Shown in pieces: positions 47,406 to 55,868 of a stretch of DNA of 64,000 nt. A model generated the notes under the pieces. The model did not search any database. It saw nothing but the letters and a program-made list of their open reading frames with translations, and was not told where the DNA came from. How positions within the stretch are numbered: the stretch's first letter is position 1; each line of letters starts with the position of its first letter. Position numbers and translations under genes: made by a program. The DNA is from a virus (Duplodnaviria; Caudoviricetes), in IMG/VR virus record IMGVR_UViG_3300020578_000064, positions 1,725-65,724 of that record; one strand, 5' to 3'.

Positions 47406-49345
47406 TGACGGACAGGTTCAGCGGGAAGTCGTTCACCGACCCGCAGAGCGACAACATCCGGAAGACGGCCAAGGCGCGCAAGTTCTCGACCAAGAAGGAC
47501 GAGGCCGGCGACGAGAAGAAGGCCCCGGCCAACCTATCCGAGCTCTACAACAAGGGCGTCGAGCACCTGCGCACGTTCAACTTCCACATCGAGCTGTGCG
47601 AGACGGGCGACCACATCAAGCACCGGATCCTGCGGCCCGCGGCGCCGACGCAGATCGCCGGCGTCAACTACCCGGCCAGCTTCCAGCCGCTGCAGGACAT
47701 CTCGACGCTCGAGGACTTCCAGCGGATCGAGCGCGCGTTCGAGTCGGCCGAGACCGAGGTCCGCGACTTCTGGACGCCGATGTTCCGCCCCAAGGGCGGC
47801 GAGACCGACCTCGGCAACTTCGCCGACAGGCTGCTGGCGATGAAGCGCATCCAGCAGAACATCAACATCCACGAGACGCTGGACTACGGCCACACGTTCG
47901 ACCCGGACGGCAGCCTCTGCGGCTTCGGCTTCGTGCGCAACCCCCGCGTGTGGGTTCCCGCGAGGGAGTGGTTCGACGAGCGGCTCCGCGCGGTGACGCT
48001 GCGGGACGTCTTCACCATCTTCCCCGAGGCGGAGGTCGAGATGCTGAAGATGATCCTCGGGCGCGTGGGCGTCGGCCGGGCCAACCACCTGCCGCCGAAC
48101 TTTCCCAAGCCGATCGACCACACCGCCCGGATGGCGGCGGTCATCGTCGGCAAGGACGCCGGCCTCGGCAAGTCGACGATCTTCAACGGGCTCACCGCGG
48201 CCCTGTCCAAGTGCGGCTTCAGCACCCACACGTTCAAGTCCACCGAGGACCGGTTCGGCCTGAAGGCCGCGGCGCTGGCCAACGTCGCCTACAAGGACGA
48301 CACGGCCATGAAGTCGCTCAAGCAGTTCCTGGCCGCCGAGGAGACGAAGATCCTCATCACCAACGGCCTGTTCCAGACCGAGGAGAAGTTCCAGAACGCC
48401 GAGCAGATCTGGCCGCAGTGCGTGCTGATCGTCAACTCGAACGACTGGGACGCGCACTTCGCGTACGACCTAGACCCCGGCATCATCGACCGCATCAAGA
48501 TCCTCTCAACGTACCGCGAGTATGAGGTGCTCAAGAATCGCAAATTTCTGGCGGGCACTGCTTCTGACGGCACTCCTGACCTGCGCCCTCGTGCTCACAT
48601 CCCCTTCCTGGCTGACAAGCTCGGCGTCTCTGCTGACGCTCTGTATCTTTGGTGCCTTCGCCTTGCGACTGATCGCTTCTGGGAGATCATAAACGACACC
48701 GAGGACCCGACGGTCAACCGGCTGCAGGTCGAGGTGCGCTACTGGACGACCCGCCAGCGCATCCGCTTCAAGGCCGACACCTCGCAGGCGCTCGTCAACG
48801 CGATGGCGATCTGCGCGGCCATCCGCACCGGCGACGGCTCCTACACGATGCCCGAGCTCACGCCGGACGTGCTCTCGAGGCACCTCGCGGACTTCCTGTT
48901 CATCGGCATCGACAAGAGCGGCAAGAAGCTCATGAGCGCCATGAAGGCGAAGTGGGAGGAGGCCGGGCGGCCGTCGACCCACTACTACCAGGGCCTCCGC
49001 GAGATCCGGTGGGAGTCGGTGCAGCTCGCGATCGACACCTACACCAACTCGCAGCACTACGGCGGAAAGACGCCGGCGGAGATGGTCAAGGAGGTCATGG
49101 GCAAGCTGGTCATGCGCGACGGCTTCAAGATCTCGACCGGCATCAGCTACGTGATCGAGGACTGGAACACCTGCCGCTACGCCCTCGGCGAGATCACGGA
49201 GGAGGCCCGCGCCCTGCGCGACGCCCTCTCGGAGGCCCAGCGCGAGCGCCTCTGCGACCGCAGCATCGCCCCGACCCGCGACTGGCTGTCGAACCCCAAC
49301 TACTCGCCCGACCGGGCCGAGGAACTGCGCCCGGACATGGACTGA
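47405..49345 (+). CDS. P-loop NTPase, probable SF3/D5-like replicative helicase
   Basis: GKDAGLGKST Walker A, YKDD Walker B, EEKF...LIVNSN, IIDRIK. Confidence 0.65.
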   Translation: MTDRFSGKSFTDPQSDNIRKTAKARKFSTKKDEAGDEKKAPANLSELYNKGVEHLRTFNFHIELCETGDHIKHRILRPAAPTQIAGVNYPASFQPLQDISTLEDFQRIERAFESAETEVRDFWTPMFRPKGGETDLGNFADRLLAMKRIQQNINIHETLDYGHTFDPDGSLCGFGFVRNPRVWVPAREWFDERLRAVTLRDVFTIFPEAEVEMLKMILGRVGVGRANHLPPNFPKPIDHTARMAAVIVGKDAGLGKSTIFNGLTAALSKCGFSTHTFKSTEDRFGLKAAALANVAYKDDTAMKSLKQFLAAEETKILITNGLFQTEEKFQNAEQIWPQCVLIVNSNDWDAHFAYDLDPGIIDRIKILSTYREYEVLKNRKFLAGTASDGTPDLRPRAHIPFLADKLGVSADALYLWCLRLATDRFWEIINDTEDPTVNRLQVEVRYWTTRQRIRFKADTSQALVNAMAICAAIRTGDGSYTMPELTPDVLSRHLADFLFIGIDKSGKKLMSAMKAKWEEAGRPSTHYYQGLREIRWESVQLAIDTYTNSQHYGGKTPAEMVKEVMGKLVMRDGFKISTGISYVIEDWNTCRYALGEITEEARALRDALSEAQRERLCDRSIAPTRDWLSNPNYSPDRAEELRPDMD

Positions 49346-49430
49346 AGAAATGACAGCATCGACACCGACTGGGCCGCGGGTAAGCTCAACGGAATCCCCC
49401 TCGCGGGGGACCGTTGAAGACCGCGAAACA

Positions 49431-49781
49431 ATGGACGCATACGCCTACGAGCAGGACAAACAGGCCCGACTGCTCGCCGAGCTCGAGGCCGAGGGCTACA
49501 CGCTGGCCGACGACCCGGCCGGCCTCTACGGCCTGATCGGCACCAGCGCGGACGTCACGGCCTGGTGCGAGATGTGGACCCCGAGGCTGCTCTGCAAGCT
49601 GTTCGTCGAGGGCACGCAGGAGCAGGAGCACTCGTTCCACCTCGTCCCGCTGCACCAGATCGTCAAGTGGCTGTACCAGGTGCCGCAGCCGGGCGAGACC
49701 TTCGCGGGCCGCTTCGTCATCGGCGTGCGGCGAGTCAGCGACAACCAGTACGTGCCGGCGCTCCGGCTCCCGCTGAAGTAG
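49431..49781 (+). CDS. hypothetical protein
   Basis: Start ATG 49431 preferred, downstream of GGGTAA (49378) and a hairpin. Confidence 0.6.
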   Translation: MDAYAYEQDKQARLLAELEAEGYTLADDPAGLYGLIGTSADVTAWCEMWTPRLLCKLFVEGTQEQEHSFHLVPLHQIVKWLYQVPQPGETFAGRFVIGVRRVSDNQYVPALRLPLK

Positions 49782-49816
49782 GCGGGGTAAGTCACACCGC
49801 GAACCAACGAGGCAAC

Positions 49817-50317
49817 ATGCAGGACGCAACCGCGATCATCGACGGCATCAAGGGCTCGGTGGAGGCGGTGGGCCGCTCCGACCGCGACGGCATCTCACTC
49901 GACAACGTGTCGTTCAGGGTGGACGCCCGCGAGCTCGACGTGCCGCACGATTCGGAGCTCGGGACCGCCGGCGAGGTGGCCGACCTCCTCTACCAGACGT
50001 GGACCGAGGAGCCCAGCTACGACGTGTTCCTCGTGCACTACGAGCCGGCCTTCCCGAACTGCGTGGCCCTGCAGACGCTCAGAATGGAGCACAGGGCCGG
50101 CGGGACCGAACTCGACCTCGTCGTCACTCTCTCGCGCTCCGACGTTGTGAGGGAGCTCCCGCACGACGTGCTCGTGTGCGAGCTCTTCCTCCACGCCGTC
50201 GCGGCCGCGACCTGCGCTAGGCCCGGCCTCGTCACGTTCAACGTGGCCCGCGCCGTGGTAGGATGGGACGACGCGGCGCTAGCCGAGGAGCCGTACGAGA
50301 TCGAGATCCCGATGTGA
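49817..50317 (+). CDS. truncated/degenerate thymidylate-synthase-fold protein
   Basis: PNCVALQTL...ELDLVVTLSRSDV..ELPHDVL...FLHAVA...RPGLVTFNV follows the ThyA C-terminal pattern; 166 aa. Confidence 0.55.
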   Translation: MQDATAIIDGIKGSVEAVGRSDRDGISLDNVSFRVDARELDVPHDSELGTAGEVADLLYQTWTEEPSYDVFLVHYEPAFPNCVALQTLRMEHRAGGTELDLVVTLSRSDVVRELPHDVLVCELFLHAVAAATCARPGLVTFNVARAVVGWDDAALAEEPYEIEIPM

Positions 50318-50368
50318 GCTCACCGGCGCCGCGCCCCGGTACAATCAACCAGTAGAGACAAAACCACG

Positions 50369-50881
50369 ATGCCATTCGACTACGTGGAGTTCGTCAACGA
50401 CGGATTCTCCGCCCAGCAGAAGTACGCCGAGCGGATCGGCGAGATGGGCCCCAAGGACTTCGCCATGGTCGACATGGTGAACCAGTTCGGCGGCGACGCC
50501 GCGGACATGAACGAGGTCCGGTACCGCAAGGTCATCGAGCACTTCGGCCACCTGATCGAGGAGGCCATCGAGGCCCGCGTGTACGTGCCGCGCCGCAGCT
50601 GGAAGAACGGCGAGCGCAGCTACCTCGACGGCCCCGAGCTGCGGAGGGAGTTCGTGGCCGAGATGTACGACATCCTGCTGTTCCACCGCGCCATCCTGGC
50701 CTACGCCGGCGTAACCGGCGAGGAGTTCGCCGAGGTCGCCGCGGAGAAGCAGGCCTACAACCAGACCCGCAAGGACCACAACGTCAACGGCGACGAGCCC
50801 GTCAGCGCCAGCCCGAGCGAGGAGCTCGCCGGCGCCTGCGCGTCGGCCGGCTTCGCCAATAACAATTACGACCGCGACTGA
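50369..50881 (+). CDS. all-alpha dNTP pyrophosphatase (dimeric dUTPase/MazG-like)
   Basis: HLIEEAIEA...RSWK...EFVAEMYDILLF...K..YN.TR. Confidence 0.75.
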   Translation: MPFDYVEFVNDGFSAQQKYAERIGEMGPKDFAMVDMVNQFGGDAADMNEVRYRKVIEHFGHLIEEAIEARVYVPRRSWKNGERSYLDGPELRREFVAEMYDILLFHRAILAYAGVTGEEFAEVAAEKQAYNQTRKDHNVNGDEPVSASPSEELAGACASAGFANNNYDRD

Positions 50882-51024
50882 TGCAGGACACTTTCATCGT
50901 CAAGCTGATCAACCAGGGGCGGACCATCAGCGTGGCCGTCCAGGCCACCTCCCAGCAGGAGGCCAAGCGCGTCGCCGAGGGCATGTACTCCGGCTACCGC
51001 GCGATGACCGCGCAGCGGGGCTGA
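50881..51024 (+). CDS. hypothetical 47-aa protein (not in ORF track)
   Basis: MQDTFIVKLINQGRTISVAVQATSQQEAKRVAEGMY...; TGATG coupling. Confidence 0.6.
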   Translation: MQDTFIVKLINQGRTISVAVQATSQQEAKRVAEGMYSGYRAMTAQRG

Positions 51025-51026
51025 CC

Positions 51027-51230
51027 ATGGCCATCTCACAGCCCGTGCTCGAGCCCCTGCGTGAGGCCGAGAAGCAACTGCGCGAGGCGCTGGCAGCGTC
51101 GGCCCGCGTCGAGAAGGCGCACGTCCCGGCCGTCATCTCCGAGCTCATCGTAAAGATCAACACCCTGATCGACATGACCGAGTTCCTGGAGGACATCTCC
51201 GAGAGCGCCAAACTACCCAAGCGCTACTGA
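51027..51230 (+). CDS. hypothetical protein
   Basis: 67 aa helical; MAISQPV...LREALA..ARVEK. Confidence 0.6.
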   Translation: MAISQPVLEPLREAEKQLREALAASARVEKAHVPAVISELIVKINTLIDMTEFLEDISESAKLPKRY

Positions 51231-51637
51231 TGAAGATCTATCGGAAGACCCCGGGCATAACCGTGCAGCTCCGGCGCGCCACCGACGAGGACCTCCTCGA
51301 GATGGAGATCAAGTACCCGGAGGACCGCCTGCTGCCCACGATGTCCGCGATGGAGAGCTACGTGCTCATCGTCGGGGAGGACAGGTACAGGCGGCCCGTC
51401 GGCTTCGTCGAGTACTACTCGCGCGACGGCGAGCTGGTCGTGACCGGCCTCTGGGTCGCCCCCGACCACAGGGGCAACGGCTACGGGACGATGATGCTCG
51501 AGCTGGCCGAGGCCACCGAGCGCCCGGACATGATCCGGGTGATCGTCACCCCGCAGTCCGAGAGCTTTTACGTCCAGCGCGGCTTCGCGCCGGACAACGG
51601 GATGCACGTGATGACCAAGGTGTGCGGCTATGACTAA
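51230..51637 (+). CDS. GNAT acetyltransferase
   Basis: LWVAPDHRGNGYGTMML acetyl-CoA motif; FYVQRGF. Confidence 0.85.
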   Translation: MKIYRKTPGITVQLRRATDEDLLEMEIKYPEDRLLPTMSAMESYVLIVGEDRYRRPVGFVEYYSRDGELVVTGLWVAPDHRGNGYGTMMLELAEATERPDMIRVIVTPQSESFYVQRGFAPDNGMHVMTKVCGYD

Positions 51638-51887
51638 GACCTGCGACTACGGGTTCGAGGCGATGACCGGCCTGCTGCGCGGCAGCGGCGAGGGCTGCCT
51701 CATCGAGAGCTTCGTCCGCGTCGAGTACGGTGAGGCGTTTCTGCTCTCCGCGTGGGACGCCTTCCGCGATCTCGGCGAGTACTTCGATGAGGTGTACGAG
51801 TCCGAGCGCGCTATGCTCAACCAGTTCGTCCTCATGCTCGAGGACGAAGTCGGGCTCAAGGACATGGGACTTCCGGTATGTCTCTGA
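51630..51887 (+). CDS. hypothetical protein
   Basis: 85 aa acidic; overlaps neighbours. Confidence 0.55.
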   Translation: MTKTCDYGFEAMTGLLRGSGEGCLIESFVRVEYGEAFLLSAWDAFRDLGEYFDEVYESERAMLNQFVLMLEDEVGLKDMGLPVCL

Positions 51888-52336
51888 CCCAGTGGGACCT
51901 GCGGTTTTTCGACGTGGCGGTGCTCGTCTCGTCCTGGAGCAAGGATCCGGGGACGACAGTCGGGGCGGTGTTAGTTAATGATAGGAAAATCCTCGCTACC
52001 GGCTATAATGGGTTTCCGTCGGGGATTGACGACAATCCGGAACGCTATGCGGATCGGGAGGTAAAACTCGCCTACACCGTCCACGCGGAGGTGAACGCGC
52101 TGCTTAACGCGGCTAAAAACGGAGCTAAGACGGAGGGATCCACCCTGTACGCCACATTCCACCCGTGCGTCAACTGCGCGGCGGCGATCATACAGGGCGG
52201 GATCAGGAGGATTGTGTGTCCGTCGGTAGAATCGGCTCCCAAGAGATGGCACGATAGCTTCTACAGGGCCAGGGACCTCATGCTGGAGGCCGGTATCGAG
52301 ATCATCCATCACGAGGAGACCGACGATGAGCGATGA
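51878..52336 (+). CDS. dCMP deaminase
   Basis: WSKDP.T.VGAV, TGYNGFP, HAEVNA, PCVNC. Confidence 0.92.
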   Translation: MSLTQWDLRFFDVAVLVSSWSKDPGTTVGAVLVNDRKILATGYNGFPSGIDDNPERYADREVKLAYTVHAEVNALLNAAKNGAKTEGSTLYATFHPCVNCAAAIIQGGIRRIVCPSVESAPKRWHDSFYRARDLMLEAGIEIIHHEETDDER

Positions 52337-52574
52337 GGAGGGCCTCAGCCGCATCTGCCCCAAGTGCGGGGCTAAATTCCTGGGCGGCAGGCTGTACTGG
52401 GCCACCGGCAAACCGGGCGACCCGAAAGACCTGGCCGGCCTGGTCTGCCAGAACTGGGGCGACGCGACCTGCATCAACCACGCCCGGCACGAGGCCGGCG
52501 GCGACACGTGGCAGAAGCGGTTCGAGTTCATGAACCTCATGACGTCCGAGCTGGACCTGCAGCCGATCGACTGA
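52326..52574 (+). CDS. Cys-rich cyanophage-type hypothetical protein
   Basis: CPKCGA...LYWATG...DLAGLVC...CIN...GGDTW. Confidence 0.7.
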   Translation: MSDEEGLSRICPKCGAKFLGGRLYWATGKPGDPKDLAGLVCQNWGDATCINHARHEAGGDTWQKRFEFMNLMTSELDLQPID

Positions 52575-52637
52575 GCCGGAAGGCGAACCGTCACGCGGCC
52601 CGCCACGGACCAGCTCCGGGCGGGTTATGATGTCTGT

Positions 52638-53252
52638 ATGACGAAACAAACCATGCCCGACAAGCCCGAGAACGAGATCATCGCCGACGCCCAGGCCGGG
52701 GACCGCCGGGCCGAGCGCCAGATCCTCAAGAAGTACGAGCGCCTCGTGCACAAGCTCGCGTGGAAGTACGCCTTCACCGCGACCTCCCACACGCACGACG
52801 ACCTCACGCAGGAGGGCTACATCGGGCTGATCAGCGCGATCAAGTCCTACGACCCGACCCGCGGCGCGAAGTTCATGACGTGGGCCTACTACCACGTCCG
52901 CGGCGCGATCACGTCCTGCGGCCGCTCTGACCGCCACCAGCCGAAGTACCCCTACTCCCTCGAGGACTGCCCCCGCGCCTACAACGTGGAGGACCCCACG
53001 CAGGAGATCGAGGTGAAGATGGACATGCCGACCGAGTTCGTCCGCGTCGTCGTCGCCGAGTGCTGCGGCGGCCTGCACACCAAGCGCGCGAAGGTCGTCG
53101 CCGACCGCTTCGGCCTGTTCGGCAACGCCGAGCTGCGCAACTGCGAGGCGGCGCAGAAGTACGGCATGACCAAGTACGCCGTCAACGCGCACGTTTACGC
53201 CTTCAAGAAGAAGGCCGCCGAGCGCTTCCCCGAGCTGGAGATGTACGTATGA
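52638..53252 (+). CDS. RNA polymerase sigma factor (sigma70 family, regions 2 and 4)
   Basis: DDLTQEGYIGLISAIKSYDPTRGAKFMTWAY; VADRFGL plus C-terminal HTH; TATGAT at 52626. Confidence 0.88.
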   Translation: MTKQTMPDKPENEIIADAQAGDRRAERQILKKYERLVHKLAWKYAFTATSHTHDDLTQEGYIGLISAIKSYDPTRGAKFMTWAYYHVRGAITSCGRSDRHQPKYPYSLEDCPRAYNVEDPTQEIEVKMDMPTEFVRVVVAECCGGLHTKRAKVVADRFGLFGNAELRNCEAAQKYGMTKYAVNAHVYAFKKKAAERFPELEMYV

Positions 53253-53542
53253 GGGTCTGGAAGATCTCCGACCACGACTGCCCCATCTGCGCGCAGATGG
53301 CCACGTTCGACGCGGCGCTCGCAGCCGAGTTCGAGTGGGGCTTCGGCGTGATCAACTACGACTTCCTGTCCGAGTACTCCGACATCCGCGACTACATCCG
53401 CGCGACCCTCGTCGCGCCGGACGGCACCGTCGACATCCCGATCTACGTGATCGAGGGTGAGGACGGGCGCATCGTCGGGGCTGTGCAGGGCCAGAACACG
53501 AAGGGCGAACTGCGCCGCAAGCTGATGGAGGCCGCGGGCTGA
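53249..53542 (+). CDS. thioredoxin-like protein
   Basis: Start ATG 53249; CPIC motif, DIPIYVI cis-Pro region. Confidence 0.7.
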   Translation: MRVWKISDHDCPICAQMATFDAALAAEFEWGFGVINYDFLSEYSDIRDYIRATLVAPDGTVDIPIYVIEGEDGRIVGAVQGQNTKGELRRKLMEAAG

Positions 53543-53733
53543 TGTCGTCGATCGTGCAGGTGATCCTCACGCGCCTCTCCGACGGCGCCGAGTTCGAGGG
53601 CATGGCGTGGTGCGACGGCGGCCGGTACGAGGCCATCTGGAACGAGAGCGGGCTCAGGCACGTCTTCCACTTCCGCGAGGACGGAAGGCAGATCGGCCAG
53701 AACAGGTACACGATGCGCCGCGCCGACACGTGA
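53542..53733 (+). CDS. hypothetical protein
   Basis: 63 aa; TGATG coupling. Confidence 0.55.
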   Translation: MSSIVQVILTRLSDGAEFEGMAWCDGGRYEAIWNESGLRHVFHFREDGRQIGQNRYTMRRADT

Positions 53734-53822
53734 ACCGGCACGCCGACGAGTCTACGCGGCCAGAATCGCTACAGAATAGTGAAGATCCAAGCGGATCTCG
53801 ACCAGTCAAAACACAGAACTTC

Positions 53823-54677
53823 ATGAAAGCAATCGCAACCGCCGCCCTGGCCGCCGCGACCCTGACCGCGCCCGCGATGGCCCAGGTGACCAGCGTCGGC
53901 CAGCTGAGCGACGTCCAGCCCACCGAGTGGTCCTACCAGGCCGTGAGCAACCTGGTGAGCCGCTACGGCTGCGTCGCCGGCTTCCCCAACGGCACCTTCC
54001 AACCCGGCCAGCCCGCGACCCGCGCGCAGCTCGCCGCCCTGGTGAACGCCTGCGTCGACCGCATCTCCGAGTTCCAGGACGCCAAGGACGCCCAGCTCGC
54101 CGCGGCCCTGAAGGCACAGGCCGCCAAGTGGGACGGCACCGCGGCTAAGGTGAACGCCATCCAGGCCGGCATCGACGCCAAGAACAACGGCGTGGGCAAC
54201 TACCTCGGCCTCGGCGTCGCCCTGAACAAGCAGGGCGTGGACGGCGGCGGCTACGGCGCCGGCCGCACCATCTCCGGCGGCACCCTGCAGGCCCGCTACA
54301 AGGTGGCCAGCAAGCTCGGCGGCGACGTCTCGATCCGCCCCTACCTGAACGCCGCGGCCGGCCCCAACGGCAACATCGGCACCGCCGGCGGCGCGCTCGT
54401 CTCCTACGACCGCAGCATCGCCAAGAAGGGCGGCGTGAGCTCCGCCAACATCTACGGCGGCGTCGGCTACCAGGTGCCCTTCGTGAACGGCTCGCAGGCC
54501 AACGAGCAATCGGCCATCGGCGACCGCGGCCAGGCGGTGTTCGTCCTCGGCGCCGAGGGCCGCATCACCAACTCCCTCGTGGGTTTCGCGGACCTGAAGT
54601 TCCCCACCACCAACGCGGGCGTCCAGGGCACCGCCTACAGCCCAGTATTCACCACCGGCCTCGGCTTCAAGTTCTGA
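53823..54677 (+). CDS. SLH-domain outer-membrane beta-barrel protein (cyanobacterial porin-like N-terminus)
   Basis: Signal peptide; DVQPTEWSYQAVSNLVSRYGCVAGFPNGTF...TRAQLAALVNAC SLH; ends FTTGLGFKF. Confidence 0.82.
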   Translation: MKAIATAALAAATLTAPAMAQVTSVGQLSDVQPTEWSYQAVSNLVSRYGCVAGFPNGTFQPGQPATRAQLAALVNACVDRISEFQDAKDAQLAAALKAQAAKWDGTAAKVNAIQAGIDAKNNGVGNYLGLGVALNKQGVDGGGYGAGRTISGGTLQARYKVASKLGGDVSIRPYLNAAAGPNGNIGTAGGALVSYDRSIAKKGGVSSANIYGGVGYQVPFVNGSQANEQSAIGDRGQAVFVLGAEGRITNSLVGFADLKFPTTNAGVQGTAYSPVFTTGLGFKF

Positions 54678-54853
54678 TGACCACCACCGAGCAGATCGTC
54701 GAGGCTTTCGAGCAGTGGCGGGCGGAGGACGGGAAGTTCACCGACAAGGGTAACAAGGCGGCCGGCACCAGGGCCCGCAAGGCTCTCCTGGAGCTCGGCA
54801 AGCTGGCCAAGGCCCGCAGGGCCGAGATCAGCGAGTCCAAGGCGGAAGCCTGA
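54677..54853 (+). CDS. histone H1-like (Hc1 family) protein (not in ORF track)
   Basis: MTTTEQIVEAFEQWRAEDGKFTDKGNKAAGTRARKALLELGKLAKARRAEI; KGNKAAGTRARK signature. Confidence 0.8.
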   Translation: MTTTEQIVEAFEQWRAEDGKFTDKGNKAAGTRARKALLELGKLAKARRAEISESKAEA

Positions 54854-54870
54854 GGCCTAGCGCCGCGATT

Positions 54871-54892
54871 AGGGAGCCTCCGGGCTCCCTTT
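54871..54892 (+). terminator. hairpin terminator
   Basis: AGGGAGCC-TCCG-GGCTCCCT followed by TT. Confidence 0.6.
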
Positions 54893-54946
54893 GAATTCGC
54901 GTTAAGTTTTGTAACGCACAATCGAAGTACCCACGTCTCACACCAG

Positions 54947-55141
54947 ATGACAGTAACGACCAACGACCGCGGGCAGCAGAACATGTGGGCGAAGGAGCCC
55001 ACGATGTACTACGAGAACTACGGCATGCTGACCCCCAACGAGGTCAAGGAGCGCACCAACGGGCGCTGGGCCATGATGGGCATCGTCGCCGGGGCGATCT
55101 CCTACGCGATCACCGGCAAACTCTTCTTCGGTATCTACTGA
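54947..55141 (+). CDS. hli: high-light-inducible protein
   Basis: NMWAKEPTMY...ERTNGRWAMMG chlorophyll-binding helix. Confidence 0.9.
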   Translation: MTVTTNDRGQQNMWAKEPTMYYENYGMLTPNEVKERTNGRWAMMGIVAGAISYAITGKLFFGIY

Positions 55142-55254
55142 TGGGCTTCAACGAGAACAGCGAGAAACTCAACGGCCGCCTGGCCATGATCAGCATCGTG
55201 GCCGCGATGGGCGCCTACCTGCTGACAGGCCAGATCATCCCCGGCGTGTGGTGA
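55141..55254 (+). CDS. hli: high-light-inducible protein (short type)
   Basis: MGFNENSEKLNGRLAMISIVAAMGAYLLTGQIIPGVW. Confidence 0.92.
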   Translation: MGFNENSEKLNGRLAMISIVAAMGAYLLTGQIIPGVW

Positions 55255-55574
55255 CCGGCGTGGACGAGCTCTACGGCATCTGGTGGCCCCCGGCCGACGC
55301 GATGGGCGACCTCGCGGTCGACACCGACTCGCCGGACGGCGAGTGGACGCTCTCCGCGCCCGACGGCACCGAGTGCGCCGCGTGGCTCGCCCACTACAAT
55401 TCCACCGACGAACTCAGGGCGCGCTTCAACGAGGCGTTCGTCGCGCTCCTGACAGACCACTTGAACACACTGGAGAAGCATGGCGGTAAAGTCGAAGTCC
55501 CCGACGGGGGCGAGGCTGATCGAGAGCAAACCCAAGAAAACCTGCCTGGGCAGCTCGCACAACACCAAGCTTAG
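55248..55574 (+). CDS. hypothetical protein
   Basis: Acidic ORF; its 3' end overlaps the next gene by about 95 nt. Confidence 0.45.
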   Translation: MVTGVDELYGIWWPPADAMGDLAVDTDSPDGEWTLSAPDGTECAAWLAHYNSTDELRARFNEAFVALLTDHLNTLEKHGGKVEVPDGGEADREQTQENLPGQLAQHQA

Positions 55575-55626
55575 CGCGACGTCCCGCAACGGGAGGAAGA
55601 AGCGCTACCGCGGCCAAGGCCGATGA
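55480..55626 (+). CDS. small basic cyanophage protein (not in ORF track)
   Basis: MAVKSKSPTGARLIESKPKKTCLGSSHNTKLSATSRNGRKKRYRGQGR; PKKT...SRN..KRYRGQG motif. Confidence 0.75.
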   Translation: MAVKSKSPTGARLIESKPKKTCLGSSHNTKLSATSRNGRKKRYRGQGR

Positions 55627-55814
55627 ACTACGAGTGCCTGCGGGACGTGGGCGGCTCGGAGGAGTGGGTGTCGTGCACGGTCGTCGACTCGTACACCTCG
55701 CCCACGCACTGGTTCGTCAGATGCGAGCTCGGGCCCGACAGCGACCACGTCTGGCTGCCCACCGACAAGATCCGGCGGATCAACCTCGGAAACACCAACG
55801 AACCGTCGTACTAG
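55623..55814 (+). CDS. hypothetical protein
   Basis: 63 aa; ATGA overlap. Confidence 0.55.
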   Translation: MNYECLRDVGGSEEWVSCTVVDSYTSPTHWFVRCELGPDSDHVWLPTDKIRRINLGNTNEPSY

Positions 55815-55868
55815 ACTCGCCGGCCGGCCGCTGGCGCAACATACCAAAGACTCGCAAAACAACAAGCG

